The notes beneath the pieces were generated by a model that was given only the letters and a program-made list of their open reading frames with translations, was not told where the DNA came from and ran no database searches. Below are positions 15,333-26,200 of a stretch of 31,251 nucleotides of DNA, one piece after another; position 1 is the stretch's first letter, and the number at the start of each line of letters is the position of its first letter. The DNA is from an uncultured Pseudomonadota bacterium (GTDB lineage: Bacteria > Myxococcota_A > UBA796 > UBA9615), in assembly GCA_937907595.1 (NCBI GenBank), contig CALCXL010000278.1, forward strand, positions 1-31,251, given 5' to 3'. A program made the position numbers and the translations under genes.

Positions 15333-16664
15333 GTGAGCACGCCCTCCCAGGCCCTGCTCCGCTCGGCCTCCTCCGCCCAGGACCCCATCGTGGCCGTCTC
15401 CAGCCCCCCGGGGCGTGGCGCCGTCGGCGTGGTGCGCGTCTCCGGACCGGAGGCCGCCGTACAGGCCCTCTGCCGGGCCGTCGTGCCCGGGCCCTTGCCG
15501 GACCGGCAGGCGGTGCTCCGACGGGTCCTGGGCCCCTCTGGCGCCCTCCTGGACCGCGCCCTGGTCCTCCGCTTCGTCGCGCCGCGCAGCTACACCGGAG
15601 AAGGGGTGGTGGAGGTGCACCTGCACGGGAACCCCCTGCTCCTGGAGGCCTGCGTGCAGGCCTTCGTGGCCGCCGGAGCGCGCCCGGCCCAGCCCGGCGA
15701 GTTCACCCGTCGCGCCGTCGCCCACGGCCGCCTGGACCTGGTGGAAGCCGAAGCCGTCGACGCCGTGGTCCAGGCCGCGACCCTGCAGGCCGTGCGGGCC
15801 GCGCAGCGCCACCTGGGGGGGGAGCTGTCGTCCCGGCTGACCGCCTGGCGGGACTCCCTGCTCGAGCTTGCGGTGGTGCTCGAAGCCCTGGTGGACTTCC
15901 CCGAGGACGTGGACGAGCCCGGCCTGGGCTCCCGCCTCGACGCCCTGCCCGCCCTGGCCCAGGCCATGGAGGAGCTCGCCCTCACCTTCGCCGCCGGCCG
16001 ACGCGGGGTCCTGGGGGCCCGCGTGGTGCTCTCGGGGCCCGTCAACGCCGGCAAGTCCACGCTGTTCAACGCCCTGCTCGGGCACGACCGCGCCATCGTC
16101 TCCGAGCAGGCCGGCACCACCCGCGACGTGGTCAGCGAGCCCGTCACCTGGGGCGGCGTGGCCCTGCGCCTGGAGGACACGGCGGGTCAGCGGGACGCGG
16201 TCGATCCGGTGGAGGCCCAGGGCGTGCAGCGCTCCCTGCGCGCGGTGGACGCCGCCGATCTGGTGCTGGAGGTGCGCGACGCGCGGGAGCTGCTGGAGGG
16301 GGGCGCCGAGCCCGTCGACCCAGCCCGCCTGGCCGTCGCCACCCACTGCGACCTGGCCGATCCCCCGCCCGGCTGGCTGGCCGTGGCCCCCGACCGGGAC
16401 CTGGCCGAGCTCCGCGCCGCCGTCGTCGATCGCCTGAGCCTGGCCGACCCCGGTGACCTGATCGTGCACACCGAACGCCAGAAGAACGCGCTGGTCGCCG
16501 CCGCCCTGGGGACCCGCAACGCGGCTGCGCACGGCGCCGAAGAACCCGTTCTCTGCGCAGTTTTCGTGCGGGAAGCAGGAACCGCGCTGGACGAGCTCCT
16601 TGGTGCCTGGACCTCGGAGTCGGTGCTCGACGCCCTGTTCAGCCGGTTCTGCATCGGCAAATAG
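15333..16664 (+). CDS. mnmE: tRNA modification GTPase MnmE (TrmE)
   Basis: [32 protein letters not shown]-terminal FSRFCIGK. Confidence 0.96.
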   Translation: MSTPSQALLRSASSAQDPIVAVSSPPGRGAVGVVRVSGPEAAVQALCRAVVPGPLPDRQAVLRRVLGPSGALLDRALVLRFVAPRSYTGEGVVEVHLHGNPLLLEACVQAFVAAGARPAQPGEFTRRAVAHGRLDLVEAEAVDAVVQAATLQAVRAAQRHLGGELSSRLTAWRDSLLELAVVLEALVDFPEDVDEPGLGSRLDALPALAQAMEELALTFAAGRRGVLGARVVLSGPVNAGKSTLFNALLGHDRAIVSEQAGTTRDVVSEPVTWGGVALRLEDTAGQRDAVDPVEAQGVQRSLRAVDAADLVLEVRDARELLEGGAEPVDPARLAVATHCDLADPPPGWLAVAPDRDLAELRAAVVDRLSLADPGDLIVHTERQKNALVAAALGTRNAAAHGAEEPVLCAVFVREAGTALDELLGAWTSESVLDALFSRFCIGK

Positions 16665-16671
16665 CGGGGCA

Positions 16672-16687
16672 CGTTCCACGTGAAACA
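16672..16687. other. parS site CGTTCCACGTGAAACA
   Basis: Matches the parS consensus; between mnmE and mnmG. Confidence 0.9.
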
Positions 16688-16690
16688 GAC

Positions 16691-18577
16691 GTGCCGTACC
16701 CTTCGCCCGTGTTCCACGTGAAACCAGAAGTCGTCGTCGTCGGAGGCGGGCACGCCGGCATGGAGGCGGCCCTGGCGTCGGCCCGGATGGGTCGCTCCAC
16801 GGTGCTGGTGACGCTGCATCGGGGCGCGATCGGCCGGATGCCCTGCAACCCGGCGGTGGGCGGGCAGGCCAAGGGCCACCTGGTGCGGGAGATCGACGCC
16901 CTGGGCGGGGAGATGGCCCTGGCCGCGGACGCCACCACCATCCAGTTCAAGTACCTGAACACCCGCAAGGGCCTGGCGGTGCGCTCCAGCCGCGCCCAGG
17001 TGGACCGCTTCCTCTACCAACGCCGCATGGGCCAGGCCGCCGACGCCTGCCCCAACCTGCAGGTCGTGGAGGGGGAAGCGGTTGATATCATCACCGATAT
17101 CAGCGGCGTGGCGGGCGTCGTGCTGGCCGACGGCTCCACCCTCCCGACCCGCGCCTTGGTGGTGACCGCGGGCACCTCCCTGCGTGGAACGCTGCACACG
17201 GGCCTCAGCCAGCGCCCGGGCGGTGGCAACGGGGCTCCGGCGGCCGGGGCCCTCTCGATGGCCCTGGAGCGCGCAGGGCACCGCCTGGGGCGCCTCAAGA
17301 CGGGCACGGTCCCGCGGCTGGACGGCCGCACGATCCGCTGGGACCGCCTGAGCATCCAGGACGGCGACCACCCCGGCGGCCGCTTCTCCTTCGTGGGCCC
17401 GCCCTCGGCCCTGCCCCAGGTCCGCTGCCACACGACCGCCACCAACGCCACCACCCACGACGTCATCCAGCGGGGCCTCGCCCACTCCCCGCTCTACGGC
17501 GCGGAGCCGACCATCGACGGCGCGGGGCCCCGCTACTGCCCCAGCATCGAGGACAAGGTCCACCGCTTCGCCGACCGGGACAGCCACCGCATCATCCTCG
17601 AGCCCGAGGGCCTGGCCTCCTGGGAGGTCTACCCCAACGGCTTCTCCACCAGCCTCGCCGTCAGCACCCAGCTGGCTGCGCTGGCGACGATCGAAGGCCT
17701 GGAGGACGCGGTCGTGGTGCGCCCGGGCTACGCCATCGAGTACGACTTCGCCGACCCCCGGGACCTGGGCGCGGACCTGCAGTCGCAGCGGCTGCGCGGG
17801 CTGTTCCTGGCCGGGCAGATCAACGGCACCACCGGCTACGAAGAGGCCGCGGCCCAGGGCCTGCTCGCCGGCATCAACGCCGCCCGGTTCGCCCGCCGAG
17901 AAGACGCCGTCGTCCTGCGCCGGGAGCAGGCCTACCTGGGCGTGTTGGCCGACGACCTGTGCCACCTGGGCACGTCGGAGCCGTACCGCATGTTCACGTC
18001 GCGGGCCGAGTGGCGGCTGCTGCTGCGCGAGGACAACGCCGATCTGCGCTTGACGGAGCTGGGCCGCAGCGTCGGCCTGGTCGACGACGAGCGCTGGCGC
18101 CGCTTCACCGAGCGTCGCGACGCCATCGCCCGGGGATTGGAGGTCCTGCAGGCCACGGAGGCACGGCCGAACGGCCCCGTCGACGAGCACCTGATCGGCC
18201 TGGACGAAGCCCCCCTGCGCCAGCCGACGGCCCTGGCCGAGCTCATGCGTCGGCCCGATCTGGAGCTGCTCCCGCTCCTGCGGGCCGCGGGCCACGAGCT
18301 GCCCCTGAGCGAGGACGAGGCCGAGCAGCTGACGATCCAGTGCCGCTACTCCGGGTACCTGGATCGGCAGGAGCGCGAGGTGCAGCGCCTGCGGGAGACG
18401 GCCGATCTGGCCCTGCCGCCGGCCTTCGACTTCGCCCTGCCGGGCATGCGGCAGGAGCTGATCGAGAAGCTGGTGGCCCACGCCCCAGCCACGTTGGGCG
18501 ATGCGTCCCGCATCCAGGGCATGACCCCCGCCGCCCTCAACCTGTTGGCCGCGCGCATCCAGAGGGCTCCCCCATGA
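16691..18577 (+). CDS. mnmG: tRNA uridine-5-carboxymethylaminomethyl(34) synthesis enzyme MnmG (GidA)
   Basis: [49 protein letters not shown]. Confidence 0.97.
   Translation: MPYPSPVFHVKPEVVVVGGGHAGMEAALASARMGRSTVLVTLHRGAIGRMPCNPAVGGQAKGHLVREIDALGGEMALAADATTIQFKYLNTRKGLAVRSSRAQVDRFLYQRRMGQAADACPNLQVVEGEAVDIITDISGVAGVVLADGSTLPTRALVVTAGTSLRGTLHTGLSQRPGGGNGAPAAGALSMALERAGHRLGRLKTGTVPRLDGRTIRWDRLSIQDGDHPGGRFSFVGPPSALPQVRCHTTATNATTHDVIQRGLAHSPLYGAEPTIDGAGPRYCPSIEDKVHRFADRDSHRIILEPEGLASWEVYPNGFSTSLAVSTQLAALATIEGLEDAVVVRPGYAIEYDFADPRDLGADLQSQRLRGLFLAGQINGTTGYEEAAAQGLLAGINAARFARREDAVVLRREQAYLGVLADDLCHLGTSEPYRMFTSRAEWRLLLREDNADLRLTELGRSVGLVDDERWRRFTERRDAIARGLEVLQATEARPNGPVDEHLIGLDEAPLRQPTALAELMRRPDLELLPLLRAAGHELPLSEDEAEQLTIQCRYSGYLDRQEREVQRLRETADLALPPAFDFALPGMRQELIEKLVAHAPATLGDASRIQGMTPAALNLLAARIQRAPP
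16710..16725. other. parS site TGTTCCACGTGAAACC inside the mnmG 5' end
   Basis: Consensus match; reads VFHVKP in frame. Confidence 0.85.
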
Positions 18578-19194
18578 GTTTGATCTGCTCCACCGAGTCC
18601 GTGCTCGAGCTGGGTGTTCCACGGGAAACGGCCGACCGCATCGTCGCCTGGACCCACACCCTGGCGCGCTGGCAGAAGGCCCAGCGGCTGGTGGGGTGGC
18701 GCCGCTCCCACGACCTGCTGCAGCAGGGGATCGCCGACGCCCTGGCCGCCGCGCCGCTGCTGGCGGACCTGCCCGACGGCCCCTGGCTGGACCTGGGCTC
18801 GGGCAGCGGGCTGCCGGCGCTGCTGCTGGCCGCCCACTACCCCGAGCGGGAGCTGCACCTGGTGGAGGCCCGCCGCAAGCGCTGCGCCTTCCTGCGCGCG
18901 GCGGTCGTCGACATGGGCCTGGAGCACGTGCGGGTCCACCACGGGCGGGCCGAGGACCTGATCACCGAGGCCCATCGACCCCACCCGGTGCTGCTCTCCG
19001 CCCGCGCCTTCGTGCCCCCCGAGCAGCTGCCCGCCCACGCCGACGCCTGGGGCGTGCAGCACCTGCTGGTCTCCTCCTCGCGCGCGCGACTCCCCAAGGG
19101 AGGCTGGCCCGAGCCCTGGGTGTTGCACGTGGAACATCCAGGCCGGCCGGTCGGGGAGCGCCTGCACCTCCTGCTCCGACGCGCGGCGGACTGA
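18574..19194 (+). CDS. rsmG: 16S rRNA m7G527 methyltransferase RsmG (GidB)
   Basis: ATGA overlap with mnmG stop; [28 protein letters not shown]. Confidence 0.9.
   Translation: MSLICSTESVLELGVPRETADRIVAWTHTLARWQKAQRLVGWRRSHDLLQQGIADALAAAPLLADLPDGPWLDLGSGSGLPALLLAAHYPERELHLVEARRKRCAFLRAAVVDMGLEHVRVHHGRAEDLITEAHRPHPVLLSARAFVPPEQLPAHADAWGVQHLLVSSSRARLPKGGWPEPWVLHVEHPGRPVGERLHLLLRRAAD
18615..18630. other. parS-like site TGTTCCACGGGAAACG inside rsmG
   Basis: Near-consensus; reads VPRET in frame. Confidence 0.7.
19121..19136. other. parS-like site TGTTGCACGTGGAACA inside the rsmG 3' end
   Basis: 15/16 match to the palindrome; reads VLHVEH in frame. Confidence 0.75.
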
Positions 19195-19461
19195 GCCCCG
19201 ACCCAGCGCGCAATCCGGAGGCGCAATCCGGACCCAGGGCCCGGCACCAACTGCACGCGGCCCGCATGGACCCATGTTTTCACGACCTTTTTCGTGATCT
19301 CGCCGAGTCCGGCAGTTTTTCCCATTTTTGTGTTGCGCAAGGCATGGGGCGACCATTAGTCTCAGGGCGTTCCAACCGATGGAAAAAGCTGTTGTTGAGC
19401 ACCCCGAACTCGCGCTCCGGAGCGGAGTTCAGGGGGGCATGCGGATGAGGAATCAAACCGG

Positions 19462-20256
19462 ATGGCACGGATCATCGCGATCTCGAACCAGAAGGGCGGC
19501 GTGGGGAAGACCACCACAGCCGTCAACCTGGCCGCGTGCCTGGCGGAAGCCGGGCAGACGGTGTTGCTCGTCGACCTGGACCCCCAGGGGAACGCGTCCT
19601 CGGGCGCCGGCGTCGACAAGGCGAACCTCAAGCGCTCCATCTACGACGTGCTCTGCCGGGACCTCCCGCTCTCGCAGGCGCTGACGCCCGGGGCGGTGCC
19701 CAACCTGGCGGTCGCCCCGTCCACGACGGACCTCGTGGGCGCGGAGCTGGAGTTGGCGCCGACGCTGGCCCGGGAGCACCGCCTGGCCGACGCCCTCAAG
19801 GAGATCGAGGCCGACTTCGACTACGTGGTCATCGACTGCCCGCCCAGCCTGGGCCTGCTGACGCTGAACGCGTTGACGGCGGCCCACACGGTGCTCATCC
19901 CCCTGCAGGCTGAGTACTACGCGCTGGAGGGCCTGGGGGAGCTGACCCGCACCATCCAGCTGATCCAGCGCCGCCTCAACCCCGCGCTGGGGTACGAAGG
20001 CGTGCTGATCACCCTGTACGACGCCCGCAACCGGCTGTGCCGGGAGGTCGCGGGCGATGTGCGTCGCCACTTCGGCACGAAGGTCTTCGACACCCCCATC
20101 CCGCGGAACGTGCGGCTGGGTGAGTCGCCGTCCTTCGGCCTTCCGATCATCCAGTACGACCCGACGTGTACGGGCGCAAAGGCCTACCGCGAGCTCGCTC
20201 GTGAGATGCTCGCGCGCCACAACCCGCGTCAGATCACCCGCTCACGAACCGCGTAG
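19462..20256 (+). CDS. parA: Chromosome partitioning ATPase ParA/Soj
   Basis: NQKGGVGKTTT, VDLDPQGNAS, IDCPPSLG, IPRNVRLGESPSFG. Confidence 0.96.
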   Translation: MARIIAISNQKGGVGKTTTAVNLAACLAEAGQTVLLVDLDPQGNASSGAGVDKANLKRSIYDVLCRDLPLSQALTPGAVPNLAVAPSTTDLVGAELELAPTLAREHRLADALKEIEADFDYVVIDCPPSLGLLTLNALTAAHTVLIPLQAEYYALEGLGELTRTIQLIQRRLNPALGYEGVLITLYDARNRLCREVAGDVRRHFGTKVFDTPIPRNVRLGESPSFGLPIIQYDPTCTGAKAYRELAREMLARHNPRQITRSRTA

Positions 20257-20264
20257 GAGGCACC

Positions 20265-21149
<885 letters not shown>

Positions 21150-21227
21150 TCATTACCCGCGGCGCGTTCGCGCAGCAGCAGCAGCAGCACGCTCCCCGCG
21201 AGGGGGGCAGCAGAGGAGTCAGTAGCC

Positions 21228-21815
21228 ATGAAATTCGGACGCCGTGAGTCCTTGTTCGCGCAGCCTCCGCCGGAACCCGAGGTCGACACCATGAACCGTG
21301 AATTGCTTCCGCCCCCCGCCGCCGGCGCCGTGCGTGCCCCCGTGGTCACCCGTCCCGCCGCCAACGAGCTCAACGCCTTCCTGGGCAGCGGCTGCATCTA
21401 CGAGGGCAAGTTGACCTTCGAGGGCCGCGTGCGCATCGACGGCAAGTTCACGGGGGAGATCTTCTCCAACGACACCCTGGAGATCGGCCCCGACGCCGAG
21501 CTCGAGGCGGAGATCGACGTCGCCACGGTGGTCATCGCTGGCCGCATCAACGGCAACGTCAACGCCCGCGGTCGCTGCGACCTGCGTGCGCCCGCCATCG
21601 TCATCGGCAACATCACCTCGCCCATCATCACGATGGACGAGGGCGTGCGCTTCGACGGTGAGATGCGCATGAGCAACGCCCTCGACCAGGCCGTGCGCGC
21701 CAGCACCCAGCGCGCCCCCGCGGCCCTGGACAGCAACGAGAGCAACGGGAAGTCGGAGCGTCGGAACGCCCCCGCCAGCCGGGATCCGTCCGAGCTCCTC
21801 AAGCCGGTTCCGTAG
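21228..21815 (+). CDS. Bactofilin (BacM-like polymer-forming cytoskeletal protein)
   Basis: FLGSGCIYEGKLTFEGRVRIDGKFTGEI...VVIAGRINGNV...ITMDEGVRFDG; position directly after parB. Confidence 0.92.
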   Translation: MKFGRRESLFAQPPPEPEVDTMNRELLPPPAAGAVRAPVVTRPAANELNAFLGSGCIYEGKLTFEGRVRIDGKFTGEIFSNDTLEIGPDAELEAEIDVATVVIAGRINGNVNARGRCDLRAPAIVIGNITSPIITMDEGVRFDGEMRMSNALDQAVRASTQRAPAALDSNESNGKSERRNAPASRDPSELLKPVP

Positions 21816-21823
21816 GGACCAAC

Positions 21824-21868
21824 AGCTCCCGTCTCTGGACGGGGGGGAGCTCCCGCCTCCGGGCGGGA
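21824..21868. terminator. Twin hairpins between convergent genes (possible terminator)
   Basis: CCCGTC/GACGGG plus AGCTCCC/GGGAGCT, then TCCCGCC/GGCGGGA; no clear U-tract. Confidence 0.4.
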
Positions 21869-21941
21869 GGGAACTTGCCTTCGCGGCGGCCGGGTGTGCA
21901 GACCCGGTCGCCGCGTCGGTGTTTGGGAGACCTGGCCCCCC

Positions 21942-22973
21942 TCAAGCCGCCGCGCGGGCCCGCTCCCCAAGCAGGGCCCCGGCGTTCTCCCAGAGCACCT
22001 TGCGCCGGAGGCTGGGCTGCCCCTGGGTGGCCAGCAGGACCTTCGCGAGGGGGACGGCCTGGTGATAGAAGGGCCAGTCGCTGCCGAAGAGGATGCGGTT
22101 GGGGTCGGCCCGCTGCAGGATGCGCTTCACGTTCGGCAGGCACTGGCAGGAGATGTCCAACCAGACGTTGTCGTGCCGACGCGACAGCTCCAGGGCCTCG
22201 TCCATCTGCAGCGCGCCGCTGTGGCCCAGGACCACCGGGACGTGCCGGAACGTCTGCAGCATCGCCTCGAAGTGCCGCACCTGGGCCAGCTTGCGGCTGA
22301 GGGCGAGCTCGATGCCCACGGGCCCGCAGTGGAACAGCAGGGGCAGGCCCAAGGGCTGCAGGATCTCCATCAGCTCCATGGGCCGCCGCGCGTCCGGGCG
22401 GAAGAGCTGGACGGCGGGGTGCAGCTTGAAGCCCAGGGCGCCGGCGGTGATCTGCTGGTGGATCTGCCGCTCGCGGCGCGGGTCCGCCGGGTGCACCGAC
22501 CCGAAGGAGACCAGGCCGTCCTCCTGCGCCGCGATCTCCAGGTACTGCTCGGCGTTGCGTGAGAGCATCGGCAGCTCCACCGGCAGCAGCAGCGTGCGCG
22601 CGATGCCCAGCTCCGCCATCTCCCGCCGCAGGTTCGGCGCGGTGTGGGTCACCCGCATGCCCGCGTTGCTCATGCTGCGCAGCGTCAGGTCCCGCCCCAT
22701 CGCCTTCAGGCCCGCGGCGTCGATGTTCTGGTTGCAGTAGATGCCCAGGTCCAGGGGCTGCTGCAGGTCCAGGTAGTGCTCGGTGCGCGGCGTCTCGGCC
22801 ATCAGGTCGACCGTGCGGTTCCGGACGTAGGACAGCGCCAGGTGCCCGTGCACGTCGACGATGGGGCCGATGGGCTCGTGCAACGCCAGGCGGCCGTCGC
22901 GCAGGGTGAACCAGGGGAGCTCCGCCAGGTCGTGGCCGGAGGCGAAGGGGCCGGCGGTGTCGAAGGAGTGCAT
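21942..22973 (-). CDS. Amidohydrolase family (Amidohydro_2-like TIM-barrel) protein
   Basis: VDVHGH, GFKLHP, LFHCG, VLGHSG, ILFGSDWP. Confidence 0.88.
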   Translation of the reverse strand: MHSFDTAGPFASGHDLAELPWFTLRDGRLALHEPIGPIVDVHGHLALSYVRNRTVDLMAETPRTEHYLDLQQPLDLGIYCNQNIDAAGLKAMGRDLTLRSMSNAGMRVTHTAPNLRREMAELGIARTLLLPVELPMLSRNAEQYLEIAAQEDGLVSFGSVHPADPRRERQIHQQITAGALGFKLHPAVQLFRPDARRPMELMEILQPLGLPLLFHCGPVGIELALSRKLAQVRHFEAMLQTFRHVPVVLGHSGALQMDEALELSRRHDNVWLDISCQCLPNVKRILQRADPNRILFGSDWPFYHQAVPLAKVLLATQGQPSLRRKVLWENAGALLGERARAAA

Positions 22974-22988
22974 GGACCGACGGTGTCA

Positions 22989-23002
22989 ATCAATCGATTG
23001 AT
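22989..23002. promoter_or_regulatory. Perfect 14-bp palindrome ATCAATCGATTGAT (candidate operator)
   Basis: AT-rich perfect inverted repeat 15 bp upstream of the amidohydrolase ATG, in a divergent intergenic region. Confidence 0.6.
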
Positions 23003-23240
23003 ACGGCAACAGGGATCCGCCGGTCTGGGACGAGAATCGCCGTCCGGGTCGGCAGCCCGTGGAACCACTCATCGTGGCACGCTGCGGCCGAATTCGGCCC
23101 ATCTCAGCGTTGTCGAAAGCGGCCGTAGGTCCACTACGCCCTGCTTCCTCCGCCTTGACCTGGACCGAATTCGCCTCGCAGCGCACTCACGGTCGTGGTC
23201 CCACGGGCTGCTAGCCTCGATGGGGCCCGGAGGTTCCCCA

Positions 23241-26200
23241 ATGAAGCTGCTTCCCCTGCTCCTGATCCTGTTCGCCCTGCCCGCGACCGCCGCCCCCCTG
23301 GACGTGCCCGCGCCCCTGCAGCCCTGGGTGGGCTGGGCCCTGCATGACGTCGACGGCCTGCGCTGCCCCGTGCTGGGCGCCGAGCGGATCTGCGCCTGGC
23401 CGGGCGAGCTTCAGCTTCGCCTGGACGACAGCGGCGGCAGCTTCGCCCTGTCGGTGCGGGCCGACGAGGAGCTTCGCCTGCCCCTGCCGGGCTCCGCCGA
23501 GCACTGGCCCACCGACCTGACCACGGACAATCGCCCCGCCCTGCTCGCCCACGTCGGCGACGTCCCCCACGTGGTGCTGGGGCCCGGAGAGCACACGCTG
23601 CGCGGCCGCTTCGCCTGGAGCCGGCTGCCCGAGTCGCTGCCGGTGCCGCCGGCCATCGCCCTGCTGGATCTGGTGGTGCGGGGCAAGGCGGTGAGCTTCC
23701 CGCGCCGGCAGGCCGACGGGATGCTCTGGCTGCAGGGCGCGCGCTCCGAGGAGACCAACGAGGACCGGCTGGCGATGGAGGTGCACCGGCGGGTGGACGA
23801 CGGCGTGCCGTTGATCGTGACCACGCGGCTGCGGCTGCGGGTGTCGGGGCGGAGCCGGGAGATGGACATCGGCGTGCCCCTGACCCCGGGCACGGAGCCG
23901 GTGTCCTTGACCACCAGCCTGCCCGCGCGGCTCGACCAGCAGGGCCACCTGCGCGTGCAGCTCCGGCCGGGCGAGTGGACCATCACCCTGGGGGCGCGCA
24001 GCACGGAGCCCTCGACGTCGATCATCGCGCCCCTGGCCGAGGCGCCCTGGCCCGACGAGGAGGTCTGGGTGTTCCAGGCCAGCCCGCCGGTGCGCTCGGT
24101 GAAGATCAGCGGCTCGCCGGGGGTGGACCCGCAGCGCACGTCGCTGGAGGAGGACTGGGCGAGCTTGCCGGCCTGGCGGGTGGCCCGGGGCGGGGGGCTG
24201 GAGTTCACCGAGCTTCGCCGGGGCCAGACGGCGCCTCCGCCGGACCAGGTGACGGTGGCGCGATCCCTGTGGCTGCGGCAGGACGGCGACGGCTTCGTGG
24301 TGCGCGATCGGCTGGGCGGCACCCTGCACCAGGGCGGTCGGCTGGAGCTCAAGGCGCCGGGGCTGCTGGGGCAGGTGGCCGTCGACGGCACGCCGCGGGT
24401 GATCAACCACACCGGCGACGGCTCGCCCGACGGGGTCGAGGTCCGCAACGGCACGCTGTCGGCGGAGGCGACGCTGTCCTACCCCACCCGCGGGGAGCTG
24501 CCCGCGGTCGGCTGGGACAAGGAGGCGACGAGCCTGTCGGCGACCCTGCACCTGCCCCCGGGCTGGTCGATCCTGGCGGCGACGGGCGTGGACAAGGCCT
24601 CGGGCACCTGGATCGAGCGCTGGTCGCTCATGGACCTCTTCGGCCTGCTCCTCATCGTCCTGATCACCTGGAAGGTCCTGGGGATCCGCTGGGCCGTCGT
24701 CGCCCTGCTGGGCCTCACGCTGGCCTGGCACGAGCCCGACGCGCCGAAGTTGTGGTGGCTGGTGCTGCTGATCACGTCGGCCCTGGTGGGCGCCCTGCCC
24801 CGGGGGACGGTGGCCCGCGTGCTCGTCGGCCTGCGCTGGGCCCTGCTGTTGGGCCTGGCCCTGCACCTGACCGCGTTCTCCTGGAACCAGATCCGCACCG
24901 GCCTCTTCCCGCAGCTGGACCAGTGGTCCCAGGGCCCCTACGACGGCGGCGACCAGAACAACTACCCCCAGAGCATCGCGGTGGGGGGCGGCATGATGAA
25001 CGCGCCCATGGAGGAGCAGGGCGACTGGGCGCAGGAGGCGAAGTCCGAAGCCTTCGAGCTGGACGTGAGCTCCCGCCGCGGCCCCGTCAAGAAGGCCAAC
25101 AAGGGCAGCTACGGCAAGGCCAAGGCCCGCTCGTCCCAGGTGGACCCGCAGGCGATCGTGCAGACCGGCCCGGGCGTGCCCCGCTGGAGCTGGTCGCAGC
25201 ACGCCCTCAGCTGGAACGGCCCGGTCGGCTCGACCCACGGCATCCGGCTGTGGCTGGTGCCCCCCTGGGCGGGCCTGCTGCTGGCCCTGCTTCGCGTGCT
25301 GTCGCTCCTGGCCCTGGGCCTGCGCTTCGCGGATCCGCGGCGCGCCACGCAGCCCCGGGAGCCCTCGGAGCCGCCGCCGCCCTCCCCGGACGCTGAGGGG
25401 TCCGTCGCCCTGTCCCTGGGCGCCTCCGTAGCCCTGCTGGCGATGTTCGTGGGGCCGGCTCTCTTGGGCACGTCGACCGCGCGCGCTGAGTCACCCATCG
25501 TGCAGGGGATCGAGCAGGTCGCGCCCACAGGAGCGGTGCTCGATCAGCTCCGGGACCGGCTGAGCGCCCCGCCCGACTGCGCGCCCGAGTGCATCGAGCT
25601 GGCCTCGGCCGCGCTGGTCGCGGGCGAGGAGGGGCTGACGATCACCCTGATGGCCCACGCCGAAGCCGCCGCCGCCCTGCAGCTCCCCGGGCCCGACGCC
25701 GCCTGGGTGCCCTCGTCCGTCACCGTCGACGGCGCCCCCGCCCTGGCCCTTCGCCGGCTGGACAGCGGCTACTTCGCCCTGCGCCTGGAGCCCGGCATCC
25801 ACCGCGTGGTGGTGCGGGGTCCCGGCCGCGACGTCATCCCCCTGCGCTTCCCCCAGGTGCCCCGGACGATGTCGTGGCGCGGCGACGGCTGGACCATCGA
25901 CGGTTACCGGCCCGACGCCCCCCCGCCGCAGTCCGTGGGCCTGGCGCGATCGCGCTCCCTGCAGGCTGAGGCGGGCGACGGCGGCCAGGACACCCAGCCC
26001 CTGTCGCCCTGGCTGGAGCTGCGGCGGGAGCTCGACATCGGCGTGCCCTGGCTGGTGCACAACGAGCTGCGGCGCATCGGGCCCAGCTCGTCGGTGGTGC
26101 ACGCGCGGGTGCCGCTGCTCGACGGCGAGTCCGTCACCACCCCCGGCATCACGGTGCAGAAGGGCGAGGCCGACGTGACGCTGCAGCCCGGCGAGACCTC

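Noticed and set aside
23051-23066. parS half-sites (CGTGGAAC here and near 17184; GTTCCACG near 4023)
   Set aside because: Only one arm matches.
22644-23240. N-terminal extension of the 1595-aa ORF
   Set aside because: Overlaps the amidohydrolase gene; a strong SD and signal peptide mark ATG 23241 as the start.
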